This document shows, piece after piece, positions 50,215-63,329 of a stretch of 63,798 nucleotides of DNA. Position numbers and translations under genes: made by a program. Source of the stretch: Chiloscyllium plagiosum (lineage: Eukaryota); the NCBI RefSeq assembly GCF_004010195.1, contig NC_057719.1, positions 86,639,648-86,703,445 on the forward strand, in the 5' to 3' direction. The notes under the pieces are model-generated. The model was not told the DNA's origin. It searched no databases and was given only the letters and a program-made list of their open reading frames with translations. Numbering within the stretch: position 1 is the stretch's first letter; the number at the start of each line of letters is the position of its first letter.

Positions 50215-52169
50215 CAGCTACACTTGTAGTATTGCATACAGTTCGGGTCACTGCATTATAAGGAGAATGTGGAAGCTTTGGAAAGGATGCAGAGGAGATT
50301 TACTAGGATGTTGCCTGGTATGGAGGGAAGTTTTTATGTGAAAAGGCTGAGGGACTTGAGGATGTTTTCGTTAGAGAGGAAAGGTTATGGGGGGATTTAA
50401 TTGAGGCATAAGATAATCACAGGGTTAGATAAGGTGGACAGCGAGAACGTTTTTCCTTGAATAGTGATGGCTAGCACGAGGGGACATAGTTATAAATTGA
50501 GGGGCGATATAGGACAGATGTCAGAGGTAGTTTCTTTACTCAGAGTATTAGGGCATGGAACACACTGCCTGCAGCAGTAGTAGACTTGCCAACCTTAAGG
50601 GCATTTAAATGGCCATTGGATAAACATATGGATGAAAATAGAAGTGTAGGTTACAAAGTCTTCCAGACTGGTTCCACAGGTCGGCGTAACATCCAGGGTC
50701 GAAGGAACTGCACTGCGCTGTAATGTTCTACGTTATTTTACTAAATTCCTTGTCAATATGGACCACACTTTTAAAGCTTCCAAGTGGAAACGGTTTCTCC
50801 ACATCTAGCTTTTCCAACATATTGATAATTTTACAGACCTCTTTTAGGTTTCTCTCAGTCTTTGCTTTTCAGCCTCCATAGATTTTTAGATTGGTTTTTC
50901 TTTACTTTTTAAGGTATCGACTTAACGTCAGTTCATATTTATGTACATTTAAGTTATTTTGTCACTTAACTGCCCAACTAAAAATGTTGCAGTATTAATT
51001 CTTTTTTTATTCATTCACAGGATTTGGGCATCACTGGCCAGGCCAGTACTTATTGCCCATCCCGAATTGCCCAGAGAGCAGTTCAGAGCCATTGCTGTGG
51101 CTCTGGAATCTCACATACACCAAACCACATAAGAACTGCAGTTTCCTTCCCTAAAGGACAATTGTGAACCAGATGGGGTTTTCCAGACAATTGACACTGG
51201 TTTCATGGTCATTATTAGACTCAATTCTAGATTTTAATTGAATCCGAATTCCATTATCTAACCCAGCTCCTCTGATCATCACTGGAATCTCTAGATTAAT
51301 AGGCTAGCAATAATACCACTAGATCATTGCCTCTTTATTGACATTATCTTCAAAGTAATTAAACATCCCAAAGCATTCACAACAGCATCATAAAATAAAA
51401 TATGACATGGAACCACACAAGGATATATTAGGTCAAATGAACAAAACTGCTTTAAACAGGCAGGTTTTAAAGGAATGTCTTAAAGGAGATAAGTAAGGTT
51501 TCATGCTGGGAACTGTAGGGAGGAATTGAAGAGCTGAGCACCGAGGCCGCTGAAGGCAATGGTGGAGCAATTGAAGTCAGGGGCCAAATTGGATGATACC
51601 TTGACTATCACAAACAGATTACAAAGGCCATGGATGGCGAGCTCAGCATAAGCTATGTACACAAGTTTGTACTGTGTGAAACTGATGGTACTGAATCCAA
51701 ATCATTAATGCAAATTGTCATTAACAATGGCCCCAGCAAGTAATTGTAAAACACAGCTTTCAACCTGCTTCCAATCTGAATAACTACCTTTTATTTCCAC
51801 TCTCTATTTCTTATTTTCCATGTCAAATTTCAATCCATGCAAATCCTTGTTATTTGACTCCATATGTCCTAACTTTGGTCATGATTTTTGACCTTGACAC
51901 TGCACATTGCTGAAACCTTTCCTTTCAGGATGTCAGAGCACAACCGTTTGAAAAGTACCTTACCCTAGCCTTTTGCTAACTCAAGAAAATTGTTTTGAGT
52001 GGCACAACAAAATGAGTTGGAGTACTTTGCTGATAAATGGTGAATTTCTGCTTTAGAAATACTCTAGCTCCATTCCTGGAAATAAAAACTGCCCGCTCTA
52101 CAATCTACGAGCCAAAGACACTCTCTAAATCATAATCGCGCATGGAACTGCAGTAACCAGAGACTGTAC

Positions 52170-52220
52170 CTGTTTTGAACATCTTTCTTCATCAAAATCT
52201 TCAGGAAACTCAATTGTTGG
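52170..52220 (-). CDS. EIF2AK4: GCN2 exon, kinase C-lobe
   Basis: PTIEFPEDFDEERCSKQ; CAG acceptor, GTACA donor. Confidence 0.92.
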
Positions 52221-52819
52221 CTGCAAGAGGAAAAAGTAACTTCAATTAGAAAATTCCTTCCAGTGTTTCTCTATCAGGTATGTGATATTTCATCCCTAGG
52301 TGCACCAATGCAACAAATAAGGTTACACAGGGCTATTCTGAGCTGCCACAAGGTGAGAGAACGATGCAAGGTTCCCTCACATCGCCACTACTCACCACAG
52401 CCTGACATTCCAATCAATCCACAAATTGTGCACATTGGCACAATTGGATCAAACTGTACTGTCTTTTCTCTTTCACATTCAAATGCTCCCAACATTTGTT
52501 CCCTATGCTCATGACTGTAAAGTTTAGGGTGTGAGCCAATGATGTTTTTGCTTCAAATATTGTGCTGAGGAAAGAGAAGCTAGTGCAAGGTAATGGGTTA
52601 TCTTTCATTTTCTGACATTCACCAAACCATTGTCACGTCAGATGTCAACCCAAACCTCAGAAGAGCACCAATCAACGTTAGGATGAGAGACAATTTAACA
52701 CAGTTTTCAATTGAGAGATTGGGTAAATGTTTTAACATGTATTTGACATGCGTCACTATTGCTTCTGTTTTTGATTAAACCCAAAAATCTGAAAGTTTTT
52801 TTTTTTAAAAAGTCTACAT

Positions 52820-55800
52820 TGAGAAGTGTTACAGGGAGATAGTCACACTTCAGGTACAGGAAAAAGGTAGCTGGGTTGCAGTCAGGGGACAGAAAGGGAA
52901 CGGGCAGAAAGTGCAGGGACAGTTCTGGCCATTCCCCTCAATAAGTATACAGCTTTGGATACTGTTGCGGGGGATGACTTACCAGGGGTAAGATGTGAAG
53001 TACAGGTCTCTGGCACAGAGACTGTCCCTGTTGCTCAGAAGGGAAATGGAGGGGAAGAGAAGATGAGCAGTGCATTCGTCATCAGGGACTCCATAGTTAG
53101 GGGGACAGATAGGAGATTCTGTGAGAATGAGAGAGACTCGCGGTTGGTGTGTTCCCTCCCAGGAGTCAGGGTTCACGATGTCTTGGATCGTGTTTTCGGG
53201 ATCCTTAAGGGGGAGGGGGAGCAGTCCAAAGTCATGGCCCACATAGGCACCAGTGAAATAGGTAGGAAAAGGGATGGGGATTTTAGGCAGAAATTCAGGG
53301 AGCTTAGTGCTAGAACAAACAGAGTTATCATCTCTGGATTGTTACTTGTACCATGTGCTGTCAAGGCCTGGAGCTGGGCGAGAAAGGGGTTGGCTACAGG
53401 GATGGTGCAGGAGTGAGGGATTCAGATATCTGGATAATTGGGGCTCATTCTGGGGTAGGTGGGACATCTACACCTGAACCAGAGGGGTACCCAACATCCT
53501 GTGGGAAAATTTGCTAGTGCTCTTTGGGAGGGTTTAAACCAATTCAGCAGGGGGATGGAAATCTGAATCGTAGCTCCTGTGTACAAGAGGTTGAGAGTAG
53601 TGAGGTCATAAATGAGGTTTCAAGGTTGCAGGAGTATACTGGCAGGCAGGAAAGTGGTTTGAGATGTGTCTACTTCAACACCAGGAGCATCCAGAACATG
53701 GTGGTGAAGGGGCAGCATGGTGGCTCAGTGGTTAGCACCGCTGCCAACAGTGCCAGGGACCTAGGTTCAATTCTTTCCTCGGGAAATTGTCTGTGTGGAG
53801 TTTGCACAGTCTCCCTGTGTCTGCATGGGTTTCCTCCGGGTGCTCCAGTTTCCTCCCACAATCCAAAGATGTGCAGGTCAGGTCAGTTGGCCATGCTAAA
53901 CTGCCCATAGTATTAGGTGCATTAGTCAGGGGTAAATATCAGGTAGGGGAATGGGTCTGAGTGGGTTACTCATCGGAGGGTTGGTATAGACTTGTTGGGC
54001 TGAAGAGCCTGCTTCCATACTGTAGGGAATCTAATCTAATCTAATTTAAACTTGCAGCATGGGAAGATACCTGAGACTTTGATGTTGTGGCCTTTTCGGA
54101 GACATGGATCGAGCAGGGACAGGAATGGTTGTTGCAGGTTCTCGGGTTTAGATGTTTCAGTAAGAACAGGGAAGGTAGTAAAAGAGGGGGAGGTGTGACA
54201 CTGTTAGTCAAGGATAGTATTACATGGCACAAATAATGTTTGTTGAGGAACTCGTCTACTGAGGTACTATGGACTGAGGTTGGATACAGAAAAGGAGAGG
54301 TCACCTTGTTGAGAGTTTTCTATAGGCCTCTGAAAAATTCCAGAGATGTAGAGGAAAGGATTTAAAGGATGATTCTGGATAGGAGCGAAAGTAACAGGAT
54401 AGTTATTATGGGGGACTTTAGCTTTCCAAATATTGACTGAAAATACTATAGTTCCGAGTACTTTGTGTGGGTCAGTTTTTGTCCAATGTGTGCAGGAGGG
54501 CTTCCTAACACAGTATGTAGATGGGCCAACAAGAGGTGAGGCCACACTCAATTTGGTACTGGGTAATGAACCCAGCCAGGTGTTAGATTTGGAGGTAGGG
54601 GAGTACTTGGGTGATAGTGACCACAATTTGGTTACCTTTACTTTGGCAATGGAAAGGGGATAGGTAGATACCATAGGGCAAGATTTATAGTTGGGAAAAA
54701 GACAATTCTGATGTGATTAGGCAAGATTTAGGATGCATAGGATGGGGAAAGAAAATGCAGGAAATGGGCATTAGAAATGGAGCTTATTCAAGGAACAGCT
54801 ACTCCTATCCGAGGATTCTCTGGGAAGACAGGGAGGATATTGCGGAGCCCTTTGGCTTGGATCTTTATGTCGTCATTGTCTACAGGAATAGTGCCAGAAG
54901 ACTGGAAGACTGTTGTCCCCTTGTTCAAGAAGGGGAGTAGAGACAACCCTAGAAATCTTTGTCCAGTGAGCCTTACTTCGGATGTGAGTAAAGTGCTGGA
55001 AAGGATTATAAGAGATAGGAATAATTTGATTAGGGATAGTCAAAATGGTTTTGTGAGCAGTAGTCGTGCCTCACATGCATTACTGAGTTCTTTGGGAAGG
55101 TGACCAAACAGGTGGATGACGGTAAAGCGATTGCTGTGGTATATGTGAATTTCAGTAAAGGGTTGATCAGGTTCCCCATGGTCGGCTATTGCATAAAATA
55201 TGGAGAAATGTGATTGAGGGTGATTTAGCGGTTTGGATCAGAAATTGGCTAGCTGAAAGAAGATAGAGAGTGGTGATTGATGAGGAAACGTTCATCCTGG
55301 ACTTCAGTTACTAGTGAGAGGTGTACTGCAAGGATCTGTTTTGGGTCCACTGCCAAGTGTAAATTTGCGGATGACACTAAAGTAGGTGGAGTTGTGGACC
55401 ATGCTGAAGGATGTTGCAGGTTACAGAGGAACACATAAGCTGCAGAGCTGGCTGAGAGATGGCAAATGGAGTTTAATGCGAAAAGTGTGAGGTGATTCAC
55501 TTTGGAAGGAGTAATAGGAATGCAGAGTACTGAGCTGATGGTAAGATTCTTGGTAGCGTGGATGAGCAGAGAGAGCTCTGTGTCCATGTACATAGATCCC
55601 TGAAAGCTGCCACTCAGGTTGACAGGGCTGTTAAAAGGCATACGGTGTGTTGGCTTTTATTGGTAGAGGTACTAGTTTCAGAGCCACGAGGTCATGTTGT
55701 AGCTATACAAAACTCTCTTGCGGATGCAATTTAAGTTTTGCGTACAGTTCTGGTCACCGCATTATAGGAAGGATGTGGAAACATTGAAAAGGATTCAGAG

Positions 55801-56242
55801 GAGGTTTACCAGGATGTTGCCTGGTATAGAGAGAAGGTCTTATGAAGAAATGCTGGTGTACTCGAGGCTAGTTTCATTAGAGAGAAGGTGATCAAGAGGT
55901 GACTTAATAGGGACATACAAGATCATCAGAGGGTTAGATAGGGTGGACAGTGAGAGCCTTTTTCCTAGGATGGCGATGGCTAGCACGAGGGGACATAGAT
56001 TTAAATTGAGGGGCAATAGATATAGGACAGATGTCAGAGATAGTTTCCTTATCCAGTGGGTAATAGGGGTGTGGAACGTACTGCCTGCAACAGTAGTAGA
56101 CTTGTGAACTTTAAGGCCATTTAAATGGTCATTGGATAAACATATGGATCATAGTGTAGGTTAGATGGGCTTCAGATTGTTGTATCGACCTGTGAAACCA
56201 AGGAGGGCCAAAGAGCCTGTACTGCACTGTAATGTTCTATTT
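52820..56242 (+). mobile_element. Decayed CR1 LINE (ORF1 esterase and internally deleted ORF2)
   Basis: ORF1 VIRDSIVRGTDRRFC...VCSLPG.RVHDV...HIGT (SGNH esterase); ORF2 PTRGEATLNLVL, LGDSDH, VPEDWK and KFADDTK; 3' UTR at about 56150-56242. Confidence 0.92.
53709..54045 (+). mobile_element. HE1-like SINE nested in CR1
   Basis: Full SINE with (AATCT)n tail splitting the CR1 endonuclease motif SIQN.V.ELAAW. Confidence 0.88.
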
Positions 56243-56434
56243 TCTAAATTTACACAAAGCATCCGTAGGTTTCAAAATTCCACATTCAATGGATTACTGT
56301 CCAAGTGTGTTTTTGGTACACAAAAACAATCAGAAAACAACAAACTGCATTTACACAGGGCCCTCAATATAATAAAATGACACAAGGTCCATCACAAGAG
56401 CATTCAGAAATAAAGTATGACACTAAGCCGCATA

Positions 56435-56630
56435 AGAGAAAGTGAGGTCTGAAGATGCTGGAGATCAGAGTCGAGAGTACGTTGCTGGAAAAGCACAGCA
56501 GGTCAGGCAGCATCAGATGAGCAAGAGAATCGAGGTTTCGGGCCAGAGCACTTCTCCGGCCTGAAATGTCGATTCTCCTGCTTCTCTGATGCTGCATGAT
56601 CTGCTGTGCTTTTCCAGCAACACAGTCTCG
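56435..56630. mobile_element. Penelope-type (family A) palindromic insertion
   Basis: Inverted arms; TSD ACTAAGCC(G/A)CATA at 56422-56434 and 56631-56643. Confidence 0.85.
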
Positions 56631-56797
56631 ACTAAGCCACATATCACCATCTTAGGGGCTTGGTCAAAGAGGTAGCTTTTAACAGTATCTTAGAGGAAAT
56701 AGAGATAGAGAGGCTTAGAAAGGAAGTTCAAGACCTTGGCAGCTCAAGGCACAACCATCAAAGGTGGAACGATTAAAATTAGAGACCAAAAGTAAAA

Positions 56798-56990
56798 AAG
56801 ATGTGCAGGTTAGGTGAATTAGCCATGTTAAATTGCCCATAGTGTTCAGTGATGTGTAGGGGAATGCATTAGTCAGGGGAAATGTAGAGTAATAGGGTAA
56901 GGGAATGGGCCTGAGTGGGATACTCTTCGGAAGGTCGGTGTAAACTTGTTGGGCCGAATAGTCCGCTTCCACATTGTTGGGATTCTACGA
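56798..56990 (+). mobile_element. HE1-like SINE 3' part
   Basis: aagatgtgcaggttaggtgaattagccatg...ggtcggtgtaaacttgttgggccgaa. Confidence 0.8.
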
Positions 56991-57214
56991 TAGAAAAGCA
57001 TAAAAAATCTCAAGGATTAAAAAAAAGACTAAGCGTAAACAATTCACAATATTTAAAATGGTGCAATTCCTTTGGCTCCTGCACTGCATATAATGGAGGC
57101 AGGCAAGATTTCCTGCCACTCAACCTAGCGTTGTAATTTGGACACACATACAGAAATTAAAAACACAACTTAGTTATTTCTCGGAGGCAGAAATGAATTT
57201 ATTGATGATGACTA

Positions 57215-57436
<222 letters not shown>

Positions 57437-58122
57437 TCACATATGATGCCGATAAAGCAGTGGCATAGGCAGGGAATTATCATCACTACTTATTACACAG
57501 TGCAAATCTTAACATTTATTCACAGATTTTCTTTCAAAATTAATAGTTGTATGAAGCCAACAGGTTCACGACAGGTTTAAATAAACTTGTCGCTAGACAT
57601 TTGCTATAATGCAATTTTTTTTAAAATTCATCAGTAGCTGGGATCACATCGGCAACAAAACACAGTTCAAGGAGTGAAATTTCACCACTTATCAAACATT
57701 GATGGTTTAGGATTTTCCACTGTGAACATTCCTGGTGACAGTGACACTTACCTCAGCAGCAATTCAAGCAGTTACCAGTGTGTCAAACTAACCTCATCAG
57801 GACCAGTTAAATAGCAAACATTTATGATCTTAAAAATAAATACCTCAGCACCATGTACATTTTCTAATCAATGTTTTCAGAGCTGTTACGACACACAGGA
57901 ACAGATGGGACTTGAATCCGGGCCTCCTGACTCAGAGGCAGGGACACTACTGAGGCACCACAGGAGTCTTCACTTCAGGATTATATGATAAACAGAGATG
58001 CACTACAGATATGATACTTAAAGAATGAGTGATTTACAAGTAGACAAGCAGCTGACCAGTGCCAATATGTAAGTCTGGCATTTATTATTTTTGCTCATGA
58101 TTAAAAAATCACAACAGATTAC

Positions 58123-58202
58123 CTGATTGTAGGAGGCTTTCGTGTTACCCTGTACTTCAGGGCTCACGTACAAAGCAGTGCCAACCATTCCAGTCAGATT
58201 CC
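58123..58202 (-). CDS. EIF2AK4: GCN2 exon, activation segment
   Basis: (G)NLTGMVGTALYVSPEVQGNTKASYNQ, retaining both activation-loop threonines (LTGMVGT); CAG acceptor, GTAAT donor. Confidence 0.97.
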
Positions 58203-59435
58203 CTGTAATTGAAACAAAAACTGATCTGTAACCTTCAGTGACTCATATTGATCCCAGGAACTGTCACCTCTCAAACAGAGATTCACAGCTTGAATGAAGG
58301 ATTTGGACCGTTTGGATTCCATCCTTTTTCCTGTAGATGAGATCTGGAATGTTTTATTTGAATGTGTAAATTTTCTGGACTTATTTGGTGATATTGGATG
58401 AGGAACTATTCACACCAGAGGAAATCTTGCTTTTTAAGCAGTGGTGAACCACCAGAACACACAACCACTTGGTTTGACCTAAAGGGCAACAATTCTGACA
58501 GTAAAACACCTCTTCATTTCCACATTAGGTTTTCAGTAACATACAATTACTCAACATGATTTTATTCATTCTTGAGATGTGGGCACTGCTGGCTAGGCCA
58601 GTATTTCTTGCCCATTCCTAATTGACCAGAGGCAGTTAAGAGCCACCACATTTCTGTGGGTCTGGGGTCAGATGTAGGTCAGATTGGGTAAGGATGGCAG
58701 TTTCTTTTCCTAAAGGACATTAGTGAACCAGATATAGCTTTCTCGATAATCAATACTGGTTTCATGGTCATTATTAGACACTTAATTTCAGATTTTATTG
58801 AAGTCAAATTCCACCCTTTGCCTTGGCAGGATCCAAATTAGAGTCTCCAGAACACTACCTCGATCTCGGAATTAAAAGCCTAGTGATAGTACCACTTGGT
58901 CATCACTTCTCCCAACGTAAACAATATCACAATACTCTTTAAAGAGGGGTCAACTAGATTACCAACCATCGTATTCAAAAACGATGAAGATATGATATTT
59001 TGTTTTGAAAAGGTTCATGTTAAGATTATGCACCCATATCTTGGAATACAATTTGAATTCACAAGATACAAGGAGGCAAAAATACTTCCAACTCAATTAA
59101 ACTGACACTTTAAAATGCATCTCAGGCAAATGGAAATATTGAGGGGGCAACCTAATAGATAAGTGACACACTCAAAATGTCAAAATGAACAAAATTAGCA
59201 TTATTTGGTTGATATTGGGGGTCAAATACCTGGCCTTGCAGGGCTGTGACTTGCCCACACAGCCTAGTTCAATTGGATTAAAATTTCCTGCAAGTCTAAT
59301 CATCAAGTAATTGGACCTTTCCATGGTCTACCTGAATCCTATCCTTAAATTAATTATGTAGGAGCTGGACTATAAACCGTTTTAACCCAACCTCCACGTC
59401 ACACAGTCATACCCTGATTCGGGAAACAGCCTCAC

Positions 59436-59499
59436 CTGCTGGGTCAGATTTGATCAAATGAATGGATCCACTGCCTTCTGTTTCCTGTCTGTCACCTGC
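59436..59499 (-). CDS. EIF2AK4: GCN2 exon, activation-loop insert
   Basis: AGDRQETEGSGSIHLIKSDPA-G; CAG acceptor, GTGAG donor; LIKSDP as in mammalian GCN2. Confidence 0.92.
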
Positions 59500-61187
59500 C
59501 TGTGGGAAAGAATATTTTAAAACCAAGAATTGTGCTTTTGGTTTCTGAAGATAGGCACACTAGGGAAAAAAAAGTAAATAAACTATCATGCAAACATACA
59601 AATTATAAGCAGGAGTAGACCATTTGCTCCAGTACTTAGTGAGATCACAGCTTATCTAGTTGAGGCCACAAATCAACATCCCATAGTACGAGATTACTCT
59701 CTTGGCACCTGTATCTAACTAAAAAGCAGAAGTTGCTGGAGAAACTCAACAAGTTTGGCAGCATCTGTGGAGAAAAAAAGATTTCCAGCATTTGCAGTTC
59801 TTTGTACAAATTGTGCATCGCACTCTTGAAAATTTTAATTCAACCAGCATCCACAGTCTTTTGGGGAATTCTAATCCAGATTTTCACTACCCTTTATGTG
59901 ACTAAGTGCTTCCTGCTTTTATTTCTGCATAGTCTAGCTCTAAGATTGTCTCCTTGGTCTGGATTCTCACCACTACAGGTTTCCTGGAGCAACCTTAACA
60001 AATCTCTTTGTCATTGTCTGTGCTTCCTAAAATCACAGGAGTACAAGTTTAGGCATCATGTTCTCTTTTCCACTTACAAGTCAGCTAAGATTCTTGGTTA
60101 CCATGGAGATGTCAGATTATCGGGGATATGCAGGAACGTAAAGTTGAGGTTAAGATCAAATCAGATTTTATTGAATGGCTGAGCAGATTTGAAGGGTCAA
60201 GTGACCTACCCTTATTCCTTGTTTATATGTACTGATTGGTAATGAACAAAATGCAGCAGAGGCAGGTCTTATCACAAAAACCCAAATTTTACAAAGGTTA
60301 GAAAAATCAAGAAGGGAAGTAGGTCAGTATCTTTTCACCAAAGACATAAAAAATTAGTAACAAAGTTTCTGGGAAAGCTAACAAAATGGATAATTTAAAC
60401 ATCCTCTAAAAGTATGGAAAGTTTCCAGAAAGTGAGGATGAAGAGGGGATTGTTGAGAAGATTGGTAACAGCAGCTTGATCAGTCAGAAAAGAATGAGCT
60501 GATTTGGCCAACAGCAGTTTCCTCTAACTAAACATTATTTTCCACAGTTCTGTATTGAAGCATGACTTTTAGAGTGATGCCTATTTAAGCGATCAACATG
60601 CGAATACCCAGAAGTTGTCACTAAGCATAGGTTCTCTATACCGAGATCGATCTTTATTGTATGTCTTAGTTCAGCTTACTGGAAGATCCTATGGCTTTTT
60701 TAAACAGAATCCACGTACCTCACTTGTATTTGTGTTATGTTTAGTAAGTAAAAGAACATTATTAGAGTCTAGAATAAGTGGGAGGTCTTAGCTCGTAGAA
60801 ATCTCTTAGCTAACCTAGTCATCAGTTCCTAAAGCTGGCAGTTGAGGGGGAAACTGATCCCTCCCACCTGATGAGGGGCTTTTTTACAATCTGACAACAC
60901 ATTGACAATGAAACCTGTTTCACATCTATCAGAGGAATAAAAGCAATTGTCAGGTATTTGGCAAGGGATTACAAAGTAATTTTGAAAGCTCAGTCTCCTC
61001 GATGTCCTGAATTTGAATATTTTAAAACTGAAAAAAGAATTCCTTGATTACAAAGTATAAATATCGTGTGCACACGCAGGATAAGCACATTCCTCAAAAC
61101 GTACACAGAGCAAACAATAATCATTCCCAAACACTGACATAACTGCAACACACCAAGCATTGTACACAAAAAGGGCTTCCATCTTAG

Positions 61188-61294
61188 GTAAAAACACTCC
61201 TGATGAAGGGCTTTTGCCCGAAACGTTGATTTTCCTGCTCCTCGGATGCTGCCTAACCTGCTGTGCTTTTCCAGCACCAGTCTAAACTAGACCT
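61188..61294 (+). mobile_element. Minimal Penelope-type (family A) insertion with hammerhead motif
   Basis: Perfect TSD GGGCTTCCATCTTAG at 61173-61187 and 61295-61309; CTGATGA-A-GGGC-TTTT-GCCC-GAAA-C-GTT at 61200-61227. Confidence 0.85.
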
Positions 61295-61337
61295 GGGCTT
61301 CCATCTTAGTCTATCCATGTGAGATGCATAATGTTTA

Positions 61338-61559
<222 letters not shown>

Positions 61560-62031
61560 TCAAAAATCAAACTGGATTCAGGCAAAGAAAGTCTGGTTCC
61601 ACCTTTTCCTTTCCCTCTCACCCACTAAGATGTAATCTTTTCAATTTCATATTTTTTTTAAAACCAGTACGCTCTCCTTTTTGTTTCCCATTCCCACACA
61701 ACCCCCATCTCCACCCTCTAAATTTCAGAATTTGAATATTGATAGTGGACAAGTAATTTATACTTTCATCATCAAATCTGGCTGTATCACATAATGCACC
61801 ATACGGTCCTGTTCTCTCTCTCTCCCAAAGTGTCCACTGTTCCAGAATCACAGAATATAACAATAACCGTAGCCTCTCTTCCTCACTGTAAACCTTTCTA
61901 TTCAATCCCTCTTCTCTGTCCTGACCACCCTCACCTCCAACACAAGTGTAAAGGGCTCATGGAAATTTCTTGCATTCATACAACATAATTCCCTGATCCA
62001 CCAAGTTCCAATCATGTTCTCTCCCAAAGTC

Positions 62032-63283
62032 ATGATTTGGAGATGCCGGTGTTGGACTGGGGTGTACAAAGTTAAAAATCACACAACACCAGGTTATAGT
62101 CTAACAGGTTTAATTGGAAGCACTAGCTTTCAGAGCACCGCTCCTTCATCAGATCATTGTGGTGTACACAATTGTAAGACACAGAATTTATAGCAAAAGT
62201 TTACAGTGTGATGTAACTGAAATTATACATTGAAAAATACCTTGATTGTTTGATAAGTCTCTCATCTGTTAGAATGGCCATCATAGTTTCACTTCTTTCA
62301 TGTGTAAATCACAAAATGTTTTTTTTAAAAAGTTACACTCTCAGGTTAACTGTAACAATTGGTGTCAGCGCAAATAAGATGTTGAGATGTTGAAGGTGTT
62401 AGTCCCCTGTGTTCCCTGTCTGTGCCATAATGTTTAGACTGATTCTAGTCTAAAAAGTGAGTCATGCAGTTTTTGAGCAAGTGAGTCATGCAGTTTTTGA
62501 GCAAAAGTACAATGTAACTCTGCAAGTACAAATTCACCCCACAAACATATATGTGTGTGTGTGTGTCTGGGATGGGGGTTTGTCAGTGTCTGTGAGTGTA
62601 AAGTCTCTAAGTCTGTGAGAGGGTGCATGTGAGAGTGTGTGTGTATGTCTGTAAGAGAGAGAGACAGAGACAGACAGGGAGAGAGTGGGAGAGAGTGGGA
62701 GAGAGTGGGAGAGAGTGGGAGAGAGTGGGAGAGAGTGGGAGAGAGTGGGAGAGAGTGTACGGGCGCGCCTCCATCTGTCTGTCTGTCTGTCTGGGGTGGG
62801 GGGGTGTGCACTCACACATATATATACACATTCTCTCTCAGACACTCACAACCCTCCACCCCAGACCCAGACACACACACACAAAAATGGGGTTTGTGGG
62901 GTGAATTTGTACCTGCAGAGTTACATTGTACTTTGCTCAAAAACTACATGAATCCATGTAAGACTGTCAACTCACTTTTTAGATTAGAATCAGTCTAAAC
63001 ATTACAGTTAACCTGAGAATGTAACTTTTTTAAAAAAAGTTTTGTGAGTTACATATAAAAGAAGTGAAACTATTATGGTCATTCAAACAGATGAGAGGCT
63101 TCACAAACAATCAAGGTAGTTTCAATGTATAATTTCAGTTACATCACACTGTAAACTTTTGCTATAAATTCTGTGTCTTACAATTGTGTACTCCACGACG
63201 ACCTGATGAAGGAGCAGCGCTCCAAAAGCTAGTGCTTCCAATTAAACCTGTTGGACTATAACCTGGTGTTGTGTGATTTTTAA
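62032..63283. mobile_element. 1.25-kb Penelope-type (family B) foldback insertion
   Basis: Inverted arms at about 62070-62600 and 62835-63283; TSD CTCTCCCAAAGTC at 62019-62031 and 63284-63296; hammerhead-like cores at 62124-62152 (-) and 63203-63231 (+). Confidence 0.88.
62677..62757. repeat. (GGGAGAGAGT)n 10-mer tandem repeat
   Basis: About 8 perfect units in the foldback spacer. Confidence 0.95.
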
Positions 63284-63329
63284 CTCTCCCAAAGTCTTAA
63301 CTTTCAATGTCACCTACCTACAGTTTTGC

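Larger units (their letters stand above)
46320..50715 (+). mobile_element. Long decayed CR1 LINE (ORF1 esterase end, endonuclease, RT), interrupted by two Penelope-type insertions
   Basis: DGLHL (ORF1 SGNH-type motif), NTRSIQNK..EL, ATLDLVL, GNSDH, SGVPQESVLGPLLFVIFINDLD and SKFADDTK, with many stops and frameshifts. Confidence 0.92.

Noticed and set aside
62434..62998. Repetitive ORFs (GESGREWERV, SPTLSHSLPL)
   Set aside because: Translations of the 10-mer and dinucleotide repeats.
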